Positions 32,499-43,808 of a DNA stretch of 64,000 nucleotides are shown here, piece by piece (position 1 is the stretch's first letter; every line of letters starts with the position of its first letter). The notes under the pieces are model-generated. The model was not told where the DNA came from, did not search any database, and saw nothing but the letters and a program-made list of their open reading frames with translations. The stretch spans positions 238,912-302,911 of the forward strand of contig JANQPO010000014.1 of assembly GCA_028289445.1 (NCBI GenBank), given 5' to 3'. Made by a program: the position numbers and the translations under genes. The DNA comes from Tepidamorphaceae bacterium (GTDB lineage: Bacteria; Pseudomonadota; Alphaproteobacteria; Rhizobiales; JAKSCL01).

Positions 32499-33944
32499 AT
32501 GGCCGACAACCAATACGACGTCATCATCATCGGTGCGGGGCCGGGGGGCTATGTGACGGCCATTCGGGCGGCGCAGCTTGGCTTGAAGACCGCCATCGTC
32601 GAGCGCGAGCACCTGGGCGGCATCTGCCTTAACTGGGGCTGCATCCCGACCAAGGCGCTGCTTCGGTCCGCTGAGATTTATCACTATATGCAGCACGCCA
32701 AGGACTACGGCCTGTCGGTCGAGAAGGTCGGCTTCGACCCGGCCGCCGTCGTGAACCGTTCGCGCGGCGTGTCGGCGCAGTTGAACGGCGGCGTCGGGCA
32801 TCTCCTGAAGAAGAACAAGGTCGACGTGATTTTCGGCGAAGCGAAGATCGACAAGCCCGGCCAGGTGACCGTCGGCAAGCCGACGAAGAAAGCGATGGAG
32901 CCCCAGCATCCGGCGCCCAAGGGCGCGAAGGGCGAGGGGACCTACGCCGCCAAGCACATCATCATCGCGACTGGTGCACGGCCGCGTGCGCTGCCGGGCC
33001 TGGAGCCGGACGGCAAGCTGGTGTGGACCTATTTCGAGGCGATGGTGCCGCCTCAGATGCCGAAATCTCTGCTGGTCATCGGGTCAGGCGCCATCGGGAT
33101 CGAGTTCGCGTCGTTCTACAACACCATGGGCGTCGACGTGACGGTCGTCGAGGTCATGCCGCAGCTTCTGCCGGTCGAGGACGAGGAAATCGCCAAGCTC
33201 GCCCGCAAGCAATTCGAGAAGCAGGGCATTAAGACGATGACCGGAGCCAAGGTGACGGCGCTGAAGAAAGCCGCCAATTCCGTCACGGCGACGGTCGAGG
33301 ACGAGAAGGGTAAGAAGCAGGACATCACCGTCGACCGGGTGATTTCCGCCGTCGGTGTCGTCGGCAATATCGAGAATCTCGGCCTGGAGGCGCTCGGCGT
33401 GAAGACCGATCGCGGCTGCATTGTCGCCGATAGCTATGGTGTGACCAACGTGCCGGGCATCTATGCCATCGGCGATGTCGCGGGGCCGCCGATGCTTGCC
33501 CACAAGGCGGAGCACGAAGGCGTCATCTGCGTTGAGAAGATCGCCGACGTGAAGGATGTCCACCCGATGGACAAGGGCATGATCCCCGGCTGCACCTATT
33601 GCCATCCCCAGGTCGCCTCCGTCGGCCTTACGGAGAAGAAGGCGAAGGAGGCCGGTCACGCGGTCAAGGTCGGCCGCTTCCCGTTCATCGGCAACGGCAA
33701 GGCAATCGCGCTCGGCGAGCCGGACGGGATGATCAAGACGGTCTTCGACGCCAAGACCGGGCAATTGCTTGGCGCCCACATGGTCGGCGCGGAGGTGACG
33801 GAGCTGATCCAGGGCTATGTTGTCGCGATGAATCTGGAAACGACGGAGGCGGAACTCATGCACGCCGTCTTCCCGCACCCGACGCTGTCGGAAATGATGC
33901 ACGAGAGCGTCCTCGACGCCTATGGGCGCGTGATCCATATGTAG
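32499..33944 (+). CDS. lpdA: Dihydrolipoyl dehydrogenase (E3)
   Basis: YDVIIIGAGPGGY and GGICLNWGCIPTK redox-active disulfide motifs. Confidence 0.95.
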   Translation: MADNQYDVIIIGAGPGGYVTAIRAAQLGLKTAIVEREHLGGICLNWGCIPTKALLRSAEIYHYMQHAKDYGLSVEKVGFDPAAVVNRSRGVSAQLNGGVGHLLKKNKVDVIFGEAKIDKPGQVTVGKPTKKAMEPQHPAPKGAKGEGTYAAKHIIIATGARPRALPGLEPDGKLVWTYFEAMVPPQMPKSLLVIGSGAIGIEFASFYNTMGVDVTVVEVMPQLLPVEDEEIAKLARKQFEKQGIKTMTGAKVTALKKAANSVTATVEDEKGKKQDITVDRVISAVGVVGNIENLGLEALGVKTDRGCIVADSYGVTNVPGIYAIGDVAGPPMLAHKAEHEGVICVEKIADVKDVHPMDKGMIPGCTYCHPQVASVGLTEKKAKEAGHAVKVGRFPFIGNGKAIALGEPDGMIKTVFDAKTGQLLGAHMVGAEVTELIQGYVVAMNLETTEAELMHAVFPHPTLSEMMHESVLDAYGRVIHM

Positions 33945-34016
33945 GATTGGTATCGGTTTTCAGCGCAGCGGCAGATTGCTAGTGTCGCGCACCGAATTCG
34001 ACCATAGGAGAGCGAC

Positions 34017-34262
34017 GTGAGCTTCATTTTCTGGATCATCATCGGCGGACTGGCCGGCTGGATCGCCGAAAAGGTGACCAAGGGCGACCACGGGCTTTTG
34101 ACCAATATCGCGGTTGGCATCATCGGCGCCTTCATTGGCGGCTGGGTGTTCGGTCTTTTGGGTGTCAGCGTCGCGCCGGGCTTCATCGGTTCGCTCATCA
34201 CCGCGACGATTGGCGCGCTCGTATTGCTCTACGCTCTTAAATTCGTTCGCGGCCGGGGCTAG
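34017..34262 (+). CDS. GlsB/YeaQ/YmgE family stress-response membrane protein
   Basis: 81 aa with three hydrophobic segments and the WIIIGGLAGWIAEKV signature. GTG start. Confidence 0.8.
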   Translation: MSFIFWIIIGGLAGWIAEKVTKGDHGLLTNIAVGIIGAFIGGWVFGLLGVSVAPGFIGSLITATIGALVLLYALKFVRGRG

Positions 34263-34276
34263 GACATCGCTGATCG

Positions 34277-35233
34277 ATGGTGACAGTTCTCGATACGATT
34301 GAGCGTCCGCGCCACCCGGAAAAGGCGCATCGGCCGGACACTGAGGTCCTGCGCAAACCGGATTGGATCCGGGTGAGGGCGCCGGGCTCGCCGGCCTATC
34401 GGGAGACGCAAGGCATCGTGCGCGAGCACGGCCTTGTCACCGTATGCGAGGAGGCGGGGTGCCCGAACATCGGCGAGTGCTGGTCGAAGAAGCACGCCAC
34501 CATGATGATCATGGGCGAGACCTGCACGCGGGCCTGCGCCTTCTGCAATGTGCGCACCGGCCTGCCGGACCCGCTCGATCCAGATGAGCCGGAGAATGTC
34601 GCCAAGGCGGTCGAGAAGCTCGGCCTGAGGCACGTCGTCATCACGTCAGTCGACCGCGACGATCTGGACGATGGCGGAGCGCAACATTTCGCCGATGTGA
34701 TCACTGCTATTCGCAGCCGGACACCTGATACGACCATTGAAGTCCTCACGCCCGATTTTCTAAGAAAAGACGGGGCCTTAGAGGTTGTCGTTGAGGCGCG
34801 ACCCGATGTGTTCAACCACAATCTGGAAACTGTTCCGTCGCTCTATCTGACGGTGCGGCCCGGCGCCCGTTATTTCCATTCCATCCGGCTTTTGGAGCGG
34901 GTGAAGCAAATCGATCCGACGATCTTCACCAAGTCCGGCATTATGGTCGGGCTCGGCGAGGAGCGGAACGAAGTGTTGCAGCTCATGGACGATCTGCGGT
35001 GCGCCGATGTCGACTTCCTCACGATGGGTCAGTACTTGCAACCGACTCGCAAACATCATCCGGTCAAAGCCTTCGTCACGCCAGATGAATTCAAGGCTTA
35101 TGAGACGATTGCCTACGCGAAAGGCTTCCACCTCGTATCCGCCACGCCGTTGACCCGCTCGTCCTATCATGCGGACGCCGATTTCGAGCGCCTGCGGGCG
35201 GCGCGAAACGCGGCGCTGAGCGCCGAACGGTGA
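34277..35233 (+). CDS. lipA: Lipoyl synthase
   Basis: Radical-SAM [10 protein letters not shown] cluster plus the upstream [12 protein letters not shown] cluster. Confidence 0.95.
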   Translation: MVTVLDTIERPRHPEKAHRPDTEVLRKPDWIRVRAPGSPAYRETQGIVREHGLVTVCEEAGCPNIGECWSKKHATMMIMGETCTRACAFCNVRTGLPDPLDPDEPENVAKAVEKLGLRHVVITSVDRDDLDDGGAQHFADVITAIRSRTPDTTIEVLTPDFLRKDGALEVVVEARPDVFNHNLETVPSLYLTVRPGARYFHSIRLLERVKQIDPTIFTKSGIMVGLGEERNEVLQLMDDLRCADVDFLTMGQYLQPTRKHHPVKAFVTPDEFKAYETIAYAKGFHLVSATPLTRSSYHADADFERLRAARNAALSAER

Positions 35234-35246
35234 CGCCTTCGGGCAC

Positions 35247-35717
35247 ATGAAACGCTTTCAGACCACCCGCCGGGTTCGCCACAGCGCCGATGACATGTTC
35301 GCGCTGGTCGCCGATGTCGAGCGCTATCCGGAATTCCTGCCGCTGTGCGAAGCGCTTACCGTCAAGACCCGTGTCCCGACCGATGATGGTGCGGGCGAGG
35401 TGATCACGGCGGACATGACGGTCGCCTACAAGCTCATCCGCGAGACCTTCACGAGCCGCGTGACGATCATGCCGGGGAAGCGAACCATTCTGGTCGAGTA
35501 CATCGACGGCCCGTTCCATCATCTGGAGAACCGCTGGTCATTTCAGCCGATCGGGGCCAGTCGGTGCGAGGTCGAGTTTTTCCTCGACTACGCCTTCAAA
35601 TCGCGGGCGCTTGAATTGATGATGGGTAAGGTCTTCGACCGCGCCTTCCGGAAATTCTCCGACGCCTTTGAGACACGGGCGAACGCGCTCTACGGCCACA
35701 AGCGAGCGACCGCCTGA
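35247..35717 (+). CDS. SRPBCC-fold protein (RatA / COQ10-like polyketide-cyclase family)
   Basis: 156 aa with FALVADVERYPEFLPLC, typical of the family. Usual neighbour of lipA in Alphaproteobacteria. Confidence 0.8.
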   Translation: MKRFQTTRRVRHSADDMFALVADVERYPEFLPLCEALTVKTRVPTDDGAGEVITADMTVAYKLIRETFTSRVTIMPGKRTILVEYIDGPFHHLENRWSFQPIGASRCEVEFFLDYAFKSRALELMMGKVFDRAFRKFSDAFETRANALYGHKRATA

Positions 35718-35927
35718 GGCATTCGCGGCAAGTTTGAGCGAAAATTGAGGCAGATACCGCTAATTCTCGAAGCCCCGCGTTAGAAGCTTGCTGGCTAACT
35801 GCGCTTGGCCAAAGCCAAAACAACAAATGGCTTGGTTCGCGCGTCTGCCGGTGTCCACGCACGCCATGTTCGGCCGTTTTCATGTGTGCAGCCGATGCCG
35901 GCAGACGTCGCGGTGGCAAACGGTAGC

Positions 35928-36431
35928 TCAGTCATCCATAGACTGTGCCAGAAGTGCGAGCGCGCGCTCGGCAGAGGCGAGGCGGATCGCGCTGCGGCTC
36001 AGTGCGCCGAACCGGTTCTCTTCCGTGATTGTCGGCCGGCCGGATCGAGCGACCCCAAGGTAGACGAGACCAACCGGTTTCGCGGCGCTGCCACCGTCTG
36101 GTCCGGCGATTCCGGTCACGGAGACAGCCAGCGCAGCCGAAGAATGCTTGAGCGCGCCATCGGCCATCGCCTTGGCGACTTCCGCGCTGACGGCGCCCTG
36201 CGTGTCGATCAGTTCCGAAGGAACGCCCAGAAGTTCGCTTTTGGCGGCGTTTGAATAGGTGACGAAGCCGCGTTCGAAGACGTCGGACGAGCCTGGAATC
36301 TCCGTGAGCAGGCTGGCGATTAAGCCTCCAGTGCAGGATTCAGCGGTCGCAATGAGCAATCCTGCCTGTCGACACTGATCCAGCAATGCCTCAGCGGACG
36401 CGCATAATCGATTGTAATCGCTCGGATTCAT
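35928..36431 (-). CDS. CinA-type nicotinamide-nucleotide amidase domain protein
   Basis: LLIATAESCTGGLIAS and SVTGIAGPDGG motifs. ATG at 36431 overlaps the ispDF stop (ATGA). The longer ORF-track start is rejected. Confidence 0.85.
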   Translation of the reverse strand: MNPSDYNRLCASAEALLDQCRQAGLLIATAESCTGGLIASLLTEIPGSSDVFERGFVTYSNAAKSELLGVPSELIDTQGAVSAEVAKAMADGALKHSSAALAVSVTGIAGPDGGSAAKPVGLVYLGVARSGRPTITEENRFGALSRSAIRLASAERALALLAQSMDD

Positions 36432-37609
36432 TCGTGTGTATCCGGCAGCCGTATGGTCGCGGTCGCAGATGCGGCGATGCCTTCGCCCCGGCCAGCGAAG
36501 CCGAGGCGTTCCGTCGTTGTCGCTTTGATGCTGATCCGCCCGAGCGGTAAACTGAGCATGGCGGCGATGTTTTGGCGGATGGCGTCGCGATGCGGCCCGA
36601 TCTTGGGCGCTTCGCACAAGACCGTGACATCGAGATGGTCGATGATCCCGCCGCGATCGGCGACGCGCTTGGCGGCGAAGGTGACGAATGTCGTTGAGTC
36701 AGCGTCCTTCCAAGTCGACGAACTCGGCGGAAAGTGATGGCCGATGTCGCCGTCGGCGAGCCCACCGAGTATGGCGTCGGTCAGCGCGTGCAGCACGACG
36801 TCGGCGTCCGAATGGCCCTTTAGCGCTTTTGAAAACGGGATCGAGACACCACCGAGGATCACGGCGTTGCCTGGCGCGAATCCGTGGACATCGAATCCGG
36901 TGCCGACCCGCGTGATCAGCTGCGGTCGCGCTACGGCGGGGGCGGTGGATTCGAAATCGGCAGGCGTCGTCAGCTTGATGTTGTTCGGATCGCCGGTGAC
37001 GCATTCGATTGGGAGGCCGGCCCATTCGGCGACGCAGGCATCATCGGTGAACGATAAACCGTCTGCCGCCGCTCGCTGATGGGCGACCACAATGTCTTCG
37101 TAGCGAAAGGCCTGGGGTGTTTGGGCAAGACGCAGCGTGTCGCGGTCGAGCGTCTCGCTGACCACACCGGCGGCGTCGATCCGCTTCACCGTGTCGCGGA
37201 TCGGCAACACGGGCAGGGCACCGCCACGCTGCGCAGCCGCCGCGATCACGCCCGAGATGAGGGCAGGGCTTACAAAGGGACGCGCGGCATCGTGGATGAG
37301 GACCAGCTCGGGCGCCTCCTTGGACAGGGCGTCAAGTCCCGCCTTGACGGACGCCATGCGGTCCGCACCGCCCATGGCGGGCGATCGTAGCCTCTCCAGG
37401 CCTTCGACGGCATGACGATAGAGGTCTTCGTGATCCGGATGGATGACAACCTGCACGGCATCGATCTCCGGATGCGCGGCAAACGCGGCGACCGTCTCGC
37501 CGAGCACCGTGCGCCCGTTCAGCGGACGGTATTGTTTAGGCGGTGCGGTGGACCCGGCATTGGCTCTTAGACCCATGCCGGCCGCTACGATGACCGCGAT
37601 ATTCGTCAT
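36428..37609 (-). CDS. ispDF: Bifunctional IspD/IspF (MEP cytidylyltransferase / MEcPP synthase)
   Basis: N-terminal AVIVAAGMGLR (IspD) and C-terminal GTGFDVHGF ... GHSDADVVLHA (IspF). Confidence 0.93.
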   Translation of the reverse strand: MTNIAVIVAAGMGLRANAGSTAPPKQYRPLNGRTVLGETVAAFAAHPEIDAVQVVIHPDHEDLYRHAVEGLERLRSPAMGGADRMASVKAGLDALSKEAPELVLIHDAARPFVSPALISGVIAAAAQRGGALPVLPIRDTVKRIDAAGVVSETLDRDTLRLAQTPQAFRYEDIVVAHQRAAADGLSFTDDACVAEWAGLPIECVTGDPNNIKLTTPADFESTAPAVARPQLITRVGTGFDVHGFAPGNAVILGGVSIPFSKALKGHSDADVVLHALTDAILGGLADGDIGHHFPPSSSTWKDADSTTFVTFAAKRVADRGGIIDHLDVTVLCEAPKIGPHRDAIRQNIAAMLSLPLGRISIKATTTERLGFAGRGEGIAASATATIRLPDTHE

Positions 37610-37753
37610 GAAATCAGCGCGTTAATTGCCATTTCGACAGGCGTACCGCAAACCGTGCCGGGGCGAAATCCCAAAACCATCGGGTCCTTGCTCCGCGCGG
37701 CGAAGTGACTAATATAGGGGCAATCGTTCAAAGTGCCCAAGAAGTGAGCAACC

Positions 37754-38758
37754 TTGCCGGCCCTTCACACACCCCTCGACATCGCTGGTGTCACGATCCC
37801 CAATCGCGCGTTCCTGGCGCCCATGTCCGGCGTCACGGAGGCGCCGTTTCGGGCTTTGGCGCACCGCTTGGGCGCCGGACTCGTGATCTCCGAAATGGTG
37901 GCCAGCGCCGACTTGATCGCCGGCGGCTCCGACTCGCGGCGAAAACTTGCCCACGCCGGCCATTCGCCGGCAGTCGTGCAACTCGCCGGCTGCGAGGCAC
38001 AGTGGATGGCCGAAGGCGCGCGGATCGCCGCCGATCACGGTGCCGACCTTATTGACATCAACATGGGCTGCCCGGCCCGCAAGGTGACGAACGGCATGTC
38101 CGGCTCCGCCTTGATGCGGGACGCCGACCATGCCTTGCGCTTGATCGAGGCGACGGTTGCCGGGAGTCCCGTTCCCGTGACGCTGAAGATGCGCATGGGC
38201 TGGGATCATGACAATCTGAATGCACCGCACATTGCCCGCCGGGCGGAGGCCGCCGGCGTAACCATGCTCACCGTACACGGCCGCACGCGCCAACAGTTCT
38301 ACAAGGGCAGGGCGGATTGGGCGTTCGTTCGCCGGGTGAAAGAGGCCGTATCGATCCCGGTGATCGTCAATGGCGATATCACGTCGCCCGAGGCGGCGAC
38401 GAAAGCGCTGACCGAAGCGGGTGCTGACGGCGTGATGATCGGCCGTGGCGCCTATGGCCGGCCGTGGCTGCCCGGGCTCATCGGACGGTATCTGGCCACG
38501 GGCATAAAGCCAGCCGAGCCGGATCGATCGAGCCAGTGCGCCTGGTTGCTTGAGCTCTACGAGGCGCTCGTGCGGTTCCATGGCGCCGAACAGGGCGTCA
38601 AGATTGCGCGCAAACATATCGGCTGGACCTTTGAGGCCTGCGGTCTTTTACTGGAGCCGGTGCAACGCCAAGTGCTGATGACGTCAGACAGCCCGCACAC
38701 GGTCAAGCGCGAGATCGCCGCCGCATTCGACCTTGCGGATCAACGGTGCGCGGCATGA
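37754..38758 (+). CDS. dusB: tRNA-dihydrouridine synthase B (NifR3 family)
   Basis: [23 protein letters not shown] and LTVHGRTR motifs. Heads the dusB-ntrBC cluster. TTG start is uncertain. Confidence 0.88.
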   Translation: MPALHTPLDIAGVTIPNRAFLAPMSGVTEAPFRALAHRLGAGLVISEMVASADLIAGGSDSRRKLAHAGHSPAVVQLAGCEAQWMAEGARIAADHGADLIDINMGCPARKVTNGMSGSALMRDADHALRLIEATVAGSPVPVTLKMRMGWDHDNLNAPHIARRAEAAGVTMLTVHGRTRQQFYKGRADWAFVRRVKEAVSIPVIVNGDITSPEAATKALTEAGADGVMIGRGAYGRPWLPGLIGRYLATGIKPAEPDRSSQCAWLLELYEALVRFHGAEQGVKIARKHIGWTFEACGLLLEPVQRQVLMTSDSPHTVKREIAAAFDLADQRCAA

Positions 38759-39873
38759 GCGCCATCGGTGGCAGCGACCAGGCGGTGTCAGCGCCAGACG
38801 CCGTCTTGTTGATGGATGCCTTACCGCATCCCGTCCTCACAATCGCGGCCGATGGTCGCGTCGCATCCGCGAACGATGCGGCGGAAGCATTTTTCCAACA
38901 CTCCTCCAGTCAGCTTCTGCGTCTGACGATTGCCGACCTGGTCCCGTTCGGAAGCCCAGTTCTGGCGTTGATCACGCAGGCGCGCGCACGCCAGGCCCCC
39001 GTCAAGGAATACAGGATCGATATCGGGACGCCGACGACCGGATTGGTCCGCCCGGTCGATATCTACGTCGCGCCGGCGGCCGAGACGGGCGATTTCGTCG
39101 TGCTCATGCTCCAAGAGCGCACCATGGCGGACAAGATCGAGCAGCAGCTGACCCATCGCGGCGCGGCGCGCAGCGTCACCGGCCTGGCGGCGATGCTGGC
39201 GCATGAGATCAAAAACCCCTTGTCGGGCATTCGCGGCGCAGCGCAGCTCTTGGAGTCGGGTCTTGAGGATGGCGATCGGGCGCTGACGCGGCTGATCACC
39301 CAGGAGACCGATCGCATCGTCAAGCTCGTCGATCGCATGGAGGTGTTTTCCGACGAGCGCCCCATCGACCGGGAGCCGGTGAACATTCACGCGGTCCTGG
39401 ACCACGTACGCCAGTTGGCTAAGACCGGGTTCGCGAAGCACATCTCGATTGTCGAGGCCTATGACCCGTCGCTGCCGTCGGTCCACGGCAATCGCGACCA
39501 GCTGATCCAAGTGTTTCTCAATCTCGTCAAGAACGCCGCGGAGGCGGTGGAAGATCGTAATGACGGTGAGATCACGCTGTCGAGCGCGTTCCAGCCGGGA
39601 ATTCGCATCTCCGTGCCTGGAACGAGCGAGCGGGTCGGACTGCCGCTGGAGTTTTGCGTGCGCGACAACGGGCCCGGCGTACCATCTGAGATCAGGCCAC
39701 ACCTGTTCGATCCATTCGTGACCACAAAGGCTAGTGGTTCCGGCCTTGGCCTGGCGCTCGTGGCCAAGATCATCGGCGATCATGGCGGTGTGGTCGAGTG
39801 CGATAGCCGGCCCCGTCGGACCCTTTTTCGGGTGCTGCTGCCGATGATCCAAAACGGCGATAGACACCCCTGA
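38755..39873 (+). CDS. ntrB: Nitrogen regulation sensor histidine kinase NtrB
   Basis: PAS region, H-box ([19 protein letters not shown]) and ATPase N/G boxes. The ATG overlaps the dusB stop (ATGA). Confidence 0.9.
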   Translation: MSAIGGSDQAVSAPDAVLLMDALPHPVLTIAADGRVASANDAAEAFFQHSSSQLLRLTIADLVPFGSPVLALITQARARQAPVKEYRIDIGTPTTGLVRPVDIYVAPAAETGDFVVLMLQERTMADKIEQQLTHRGAARSVTGLAAMLAHEIKNPLSGIRGAAQLLESGLEDGDRALTRLITQETDRIVKLVDRMEVFSDERPIDREPVNIHAVLDHVRQLAKTGFAKHISIVEAYDPSLPSVHGNRDQLIQVFLNLVKNAAEAVEDRNDGEITLSSAFQPGIRISVPGTSERVGLPLEFCVRDNGPGVPSEIRPHLFDPFVTTKASGSGLGLALVAKIIGDHGGVVECDSRPRRTLFRVLLPMIQNGDRHP

Positions 39874-39900
39874 CCGTAGTTTGAAGAAAGGCTGCGTTTC

Positions 39901-41337
39901 ATGCCAAGCGGGACGATTTTGATCGCCGACGACGATGCCGCCATCCGCACCGTCCTCACGCAAGCGTTGGCGCGGGCCGGATACACCGTGCGCTCCACGG
40001 GCCATGCGGTGACCTTGTGGAACTGGGTGAACCAGGGCGAGGGCGACCTCATCATCACAGATGTCATGATGCCGGACGAGAACGCGTTCGACCTCCTGCC
40101 TCGTATCAAGACGGCGCGGCCGGAGATCCCGATCATCGTCATGAGCGCTCAAAACACCTTCATGACTGCGGTCAAGGCGTCTGAGAAGGGTGCCTACGAC
40201 TATCTGCCCAAGCCTTTCGATCTAAAGGAACTGGTGGCGATTGTCGGGCGTGCCTTGGCTGAACCTCAACGCAAGGGCGCGGCGCGGCCTTCCGATGACG
40301 AGGAAATGCCACTGATTGGGCGATCGGCGGCGATGCAAGACATCTATCGGGCGCTCGCGCGCCTCATGCAGACCGATTTGACCGTCATGATCTCGGGAGA
40401 ATCGGGGACCGGCAAGGAGATCGTCGCCCGCGTCCTGCATGATTTCGGTCGCCGGCGGAACGGTCCATTCGTCGCGATTAACATGGCGGCGATCCCACGC
40501 GACCTGATCGAGGCGGAACTCTTCGGGCACGAAAAGGGGGCGTTTACCGGGGCGCAGCACCGCTCGTCCGGCCGCTTCGAGCAGGCCGATGGCGGAACCT
40601 TGTTCCTCGATGAAATCGGTGACATGCCGATGGACGCGCAAACGCGGCTCCTGCGCGTGCTCCAGGAGGGTGAGTACACGACGATTGGCGGGCGAACGCC
40701 GATCAAGACCGATGTCCGGATCATTGCGGCGACCAATCGGGATTTGAGCCAACTCGTGCAACAGGGTCTCTTTCGCGAGGACTTGTTCTTTCGGTTGAAC
40801 GTCGTGCCGATCCGCATTCCGCCGCTGCGCGATCGAAGCGAGGACATTCCCGATCTCGTCGCCCACTTTTTGACCCAGATCGAGCAGGAAGGGCTACCGG
40901 TCAAGCGGTTCGACCACGATGCACTGGCTACACTGAAGACCTATCGCTGGCCGGGGAATGTGCGGGAACTGGAAAACCTCGTGCGCCGGCTGGCCGCGCT
41001 TTACCCCCAAGATGTGATCACGGGACCACTGATTGAAGCTGAGTTGGCACCGCAGACAGAAGCGCCTGGTGCTGAGACGCCGCGATTACCCGATTCGCTG
41101 TCAGGCGCGGTCGAAGGCTTCATGACGGGCTATTTCCAGGGCTTCGACGGTCGTCTGCCGCCGCCGGGCCTCTATCACCGTGTGCTCAGGGAAATCGAGT
41201 ACCCGCTTATCGCGGCAACCCTGGCGGCGACGCGTGGCAACCAAATCAAGGCGGCAGAGGTCCTCGGCGTCAATCGAAACACGCTGCGCAAGAAGATTCG
41301 CGACCTTGAGATTCAGGTCATCCGTGGTATCGGGTAA
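39901..41337 (+). CDS. ntrC: Nitrogen regulation response regulator NtrC (sigma-54 activator)
   Basis: Receiver domain, AAA+ domain with GESGTGKE and GAFTGA, and a C-terminal Fis-type HTH. Confidence 0.93.
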   Translation: MPSGTILIADDDAAIRTVLTQALARAGYTVRSTGHAVTLWNWVNQGEGDLIITDVMMPDENAFDLLPRIKTARPEIPIIVMSAQNTFMTAVKASEKGAYDYLPKPFDLKELVAIVGRALAEPQRKGAARPSDDEEMPLIGRSAAMQDIYRALARLMQTDLTVMISGESGTGKEIVARVLHDFGRRRNGPFVAINMAAIPRDLIEAELFGHEKGAFTGAQHRSSGRFEQADGGTLFLDEIGDMPMDAQTRLLRVLQEGEYTTIGGRTPIKTDVRIIAATNRDLSQLVQQGLFREDLFFRLNVVPIRIPPLRDRSEDIPDLVAHFLTQIEQEGLPVKRFDHDALATLKTYRWPGNVRELENLVRRLAALYPQDVITGPLIEAELAPQTEAPGAETPRLPDSLSGAVEGFMTGYFQGFDGRLPPPGLYHRVLREIEYPLIAATLAATRGNQIKAAEVLGVNRNTLRKKIRDLEIQVIRGIG

Positions 41338-41510
41338 CCGCTGATCCGCGGCCAATGCGCCACCAGTGCGCCAAAGCATCGCAGATATTGAGCGACCTTC
41401 TTGTTGCTGAAGTGCAACAATGTTGTTATCTGGTCACAAATTCGCCGGTTTAAGTCGGCATTTTTGCGGTCTAGCCGTCATTGGCTTGGCCGGGGTGAGA
41501 GGCGTTGGGT

Positions 41511-43808
41511 ATGGCGGAGACACGGAGTGATGCGGTGACCGTGCCCCCCCTGACAGCGGCAGGACCGTCAGGCCGGCGCAAGCGCTCCGGCCGTCGCCGC
41601 CTTGTCCGCTCGGCCGGGCAGGTCGCGGTCGTTCTCGCGCTCTTGTCGGGTCTTGTGACCTTCCTGATCCTGACCGGCCTAACACCAATTTCGCCGACCC
41701 ATAACGTCGTTGTCAGCGTTTCGCTCGTCAATCTGTGTTTCGTCCTACTGCTGCTCGGTCTGATCAGTTGGGAAGGCTGGACGATCCTTCAAGCGCGACG
41801 GCGCGGCCGAGCCGGGTCGAGACTGCATATCCAGATCGTCTCGCTGTTTTGTCTGGTCGCGGCACTCCCGGCCATTTTCTTGGCGTTGATGGCGTCCGTG
41901 ACCCTGGATCGCGGCCTCGATCGCTGGTTCGAGGAGCGGACTCGCGCAATTATCGACAATTCGCTCACCGTGGCCCGCGCCTATGTGCGCGAGCACGGCC
42001 AGGTGATCCGGGCCGATCTCTTGGCCATGGCCACGGATATCGACAACGCAGCCGAATGGGCGGCGACGGACCCAGCGCGATTCCAGTCACTTTTGGACGG
42101 TCAGGCGATCTTGCGCGCTTTGCCGGGCGCCCATTTGGTGCGCACTGACAAAACCGTTTGGCTTTCTGCAAAGACACCCAGGCCGGTGCCTTATGCACCA
42201 CCGGTCGACAGTGTCTTGGAACGCGCCGTCGACCAGGCGGTTGTCTATGCGACCCCGTCGAACCGCGATGTCGTCTGGGCGACGGTCAAGCTTCGGCGTT
42301 TTGAAAACATTTACCTTGCTGTTTCGCGACCATTGGACGGTTCCGTGTTGGCCTATCTGCGCCAGGCGGAGGCGGGAGTCGCGGAATATCGCAGCCTCGA
42401 TGCCCGGCGTTACGGCGTGCAGCTTGCTTTTGGCCTGATGTATCTGGGTCTTGCTCTCATACTGCTGTTGTCGGCGATTTGGATCGGTATCGGCTTTGCC
42501 GATCGCTTGGTGTCGCCTGTGCGCCGGCTGATTACGGCGGCAGACCGGGTTTCCGGGGGCGATCTGGAGTCAACTGTCGACGTCAACGAGAAAGAAGGTG
42601 ACGTCGCCAATCTCGGCAAGACCTTCAACAACATGATACGGCAGATCCGGACACAACGCGATGCCCTTCTGACCGCCAACAAGATGCTCGATCGGCGCCG
42701 CAGGTTCACGGAGGCGGTGCTTTCAGGCGTGACTGCGGGTGTTATCGGTATCGATCGCGATGGTAAGGTGACGCTTATCAATAGGTCGGCGATGACCATG
42801 ATTGGCCTTGGACAGCCGAAAATCATCGGACATCCTCTGGTCGAGCAAGTTCCTGAGCTGGCCGGTTTGTTGACCAAAGCTGAAACGATGTCCGGCCGGT
42901 CGGCCCAGCAACAGGTCGTTTTGCTGCGAGATGGAACGGAACGGACGATCTCCGTGCGCATCTCGGCGGAACAGTCCGGCGCAACCGAACAAGGCTACGT
43001 CGTTACCTTGGACGACATCACCGAATTGTTGACGGCGCAACGCGGAGCCGCATGGGCGGATATCGCGCGCCGGATCGCTCATGAGATCAAAAATCCGCTG
43101 ACACCGATCCAACTTTCGGCGGAACGCTTAAAGCGTAAGTATGGACGAACGCTTGAGGCAGACAAGGCCGTGTTTGAGCAGTGTACCGATACGATCATTA
43201 GGCAAGTCGGCGACATCGGCCGCATGGTCGATGAGTTTTCTTCGTTTGCCCGCATGCCGAAACCGACAATGGAAACCGCGGATATCGGCGATGTGGTTCA
43301 GGAATCGGTCTTCTTGATGCGTGTCGGCCATCCGTCCGTCGAGATCGCCTTTGCGCCTCCAGAAGCACCGCTTCATGCCTTGTGCGATCGCAGACTGATC
43401 GCGCAGGCCCTAACCAACATCATCAAAAATGCCAGCGAATCCGTGGAAGCTCGCCTTCAAACGGTCCCAGACGTGCCGGGTCGGATTGAGGTGGCGATTT
43501 CAAGGGCCGGCGATCACGCTGTTATCGACATAACGGACAACGGCGTGGGCCTGCCGGTAGCAGACCGGGCAAAACTGCTCGAACCCTACATCACACATCG
43601 AGAAAAAGGCACGGGTCTGGGCTTGGCGATCGTGAGGAAGATCATGGAGGATCACGGCGGTCAGATTGACCTTCTGGACGCGCCGTCATCGAATGGCGCG
43701 GCCGTTCGCGGCGCCAAGATTCGATTGACGCTCCCGATCAGCGCGGCCGAGACGACCGATGTATCCGGTGCGGACCGTCAGGCAGGGGAGGCGGCTTATG
43801 GCGGCTGA
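41511..43808 (+). CDS. ntrY: Sensor histidine kinase NtrY
   Basis: Multi-TM N-terminus, HAMP, PAS, H-box ([19 protein letters not shown]) and HATPase. ATG at 41511 follows a GAGAGG Shine-Dalgarno sequence (the track start at 41505 is TTG). Confidence 0.9.
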   Translation: MAETRSDAVTVPPLTAAGPSGRRKRSGRRRLVRSAGQVAVVLALLSGLVTFLILTGLTPISPTHNVVVSVSLVNLCFVLLLLGLISWEGWTILQARRRGRAGSRLHIQIVSLFCLVAALPAIFLALMASVTLDRGLDRWFEERTRAIIDNSLTVARAYVREHGQVIRADLLAMATDIDNAAEWAATDPARFQSLLDGQAILRALPGAHLVRTDKTVWLSAKTPRPVPYAPPVDSVLERAVDQAVVYATPSNRDVVWATVKLRRFENIYLAVSRPLDGSVLAYLRQAEAGVAEYRSLDARRYGVQLAFGLMYLGLALILLLSAIWIGIGFADRLVSPVRRLITAADRVSGGDLESTVDVNEKEGDVANLGKTFNNMIRQIRTQRDALLTANKMLDRRRRFTEAVLSGVTAGVIGIDRDGKVTLINRSAMTMIGLGQPKIIGHPLVEQVPELAGLLTKAETMSGRSAQQQVVLLRDGTERTISVRISAEQSGATEQGYVVTLDDITELLTAQRGAAWADIARRIAHEIKNPLTPIQLSAERLKRKYGRTLEADKAVFEQCTDTIIRQVGDIGRMVDEFSSFARMPKPTMETADIGDVVQESVFLMRVGHPSVEIAFAPPEAPLHALCDRRLIAQALTNIIKNASESVEARLQTVPDVPGRIEVAISRAGDHAVIDITDNGVGLPVADRAKLLEPYITHREKGTGLGLAIVRKIMEDHGGQIDLLDAPSSNGAAVRGAKIRLTLPISAAETTDVSGADRQAGEAAYGG

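Noticed and set aside
31125-32957. 610-aa ORF antisense to pdhC/lpdA. Similar long antisense or off-frame ORFs include 1434..2618, 19951..21093, 38821..40152, 45652..46737, 56492..57568, 25081..26022 and 29250..29912.
   Set aside because: These are typical stop-codon-poor shadow frames of high-GC DNA. Each lies opposite, or out of frame with, a gene that has clear family motifs. Their translations are Arg/Ala/Gly/Pro-rich low-complexity sequence with no recognisable motifs.
41391-41430. Short hairpin TTGTTGC-tgaagt-GCAACAA between ntrC and ntrY.
   Set aside because: The stem is only 7 bp and AT-rich, with no clean U-tract. That is insufficient to call a terminator or attenuator without transcript data.
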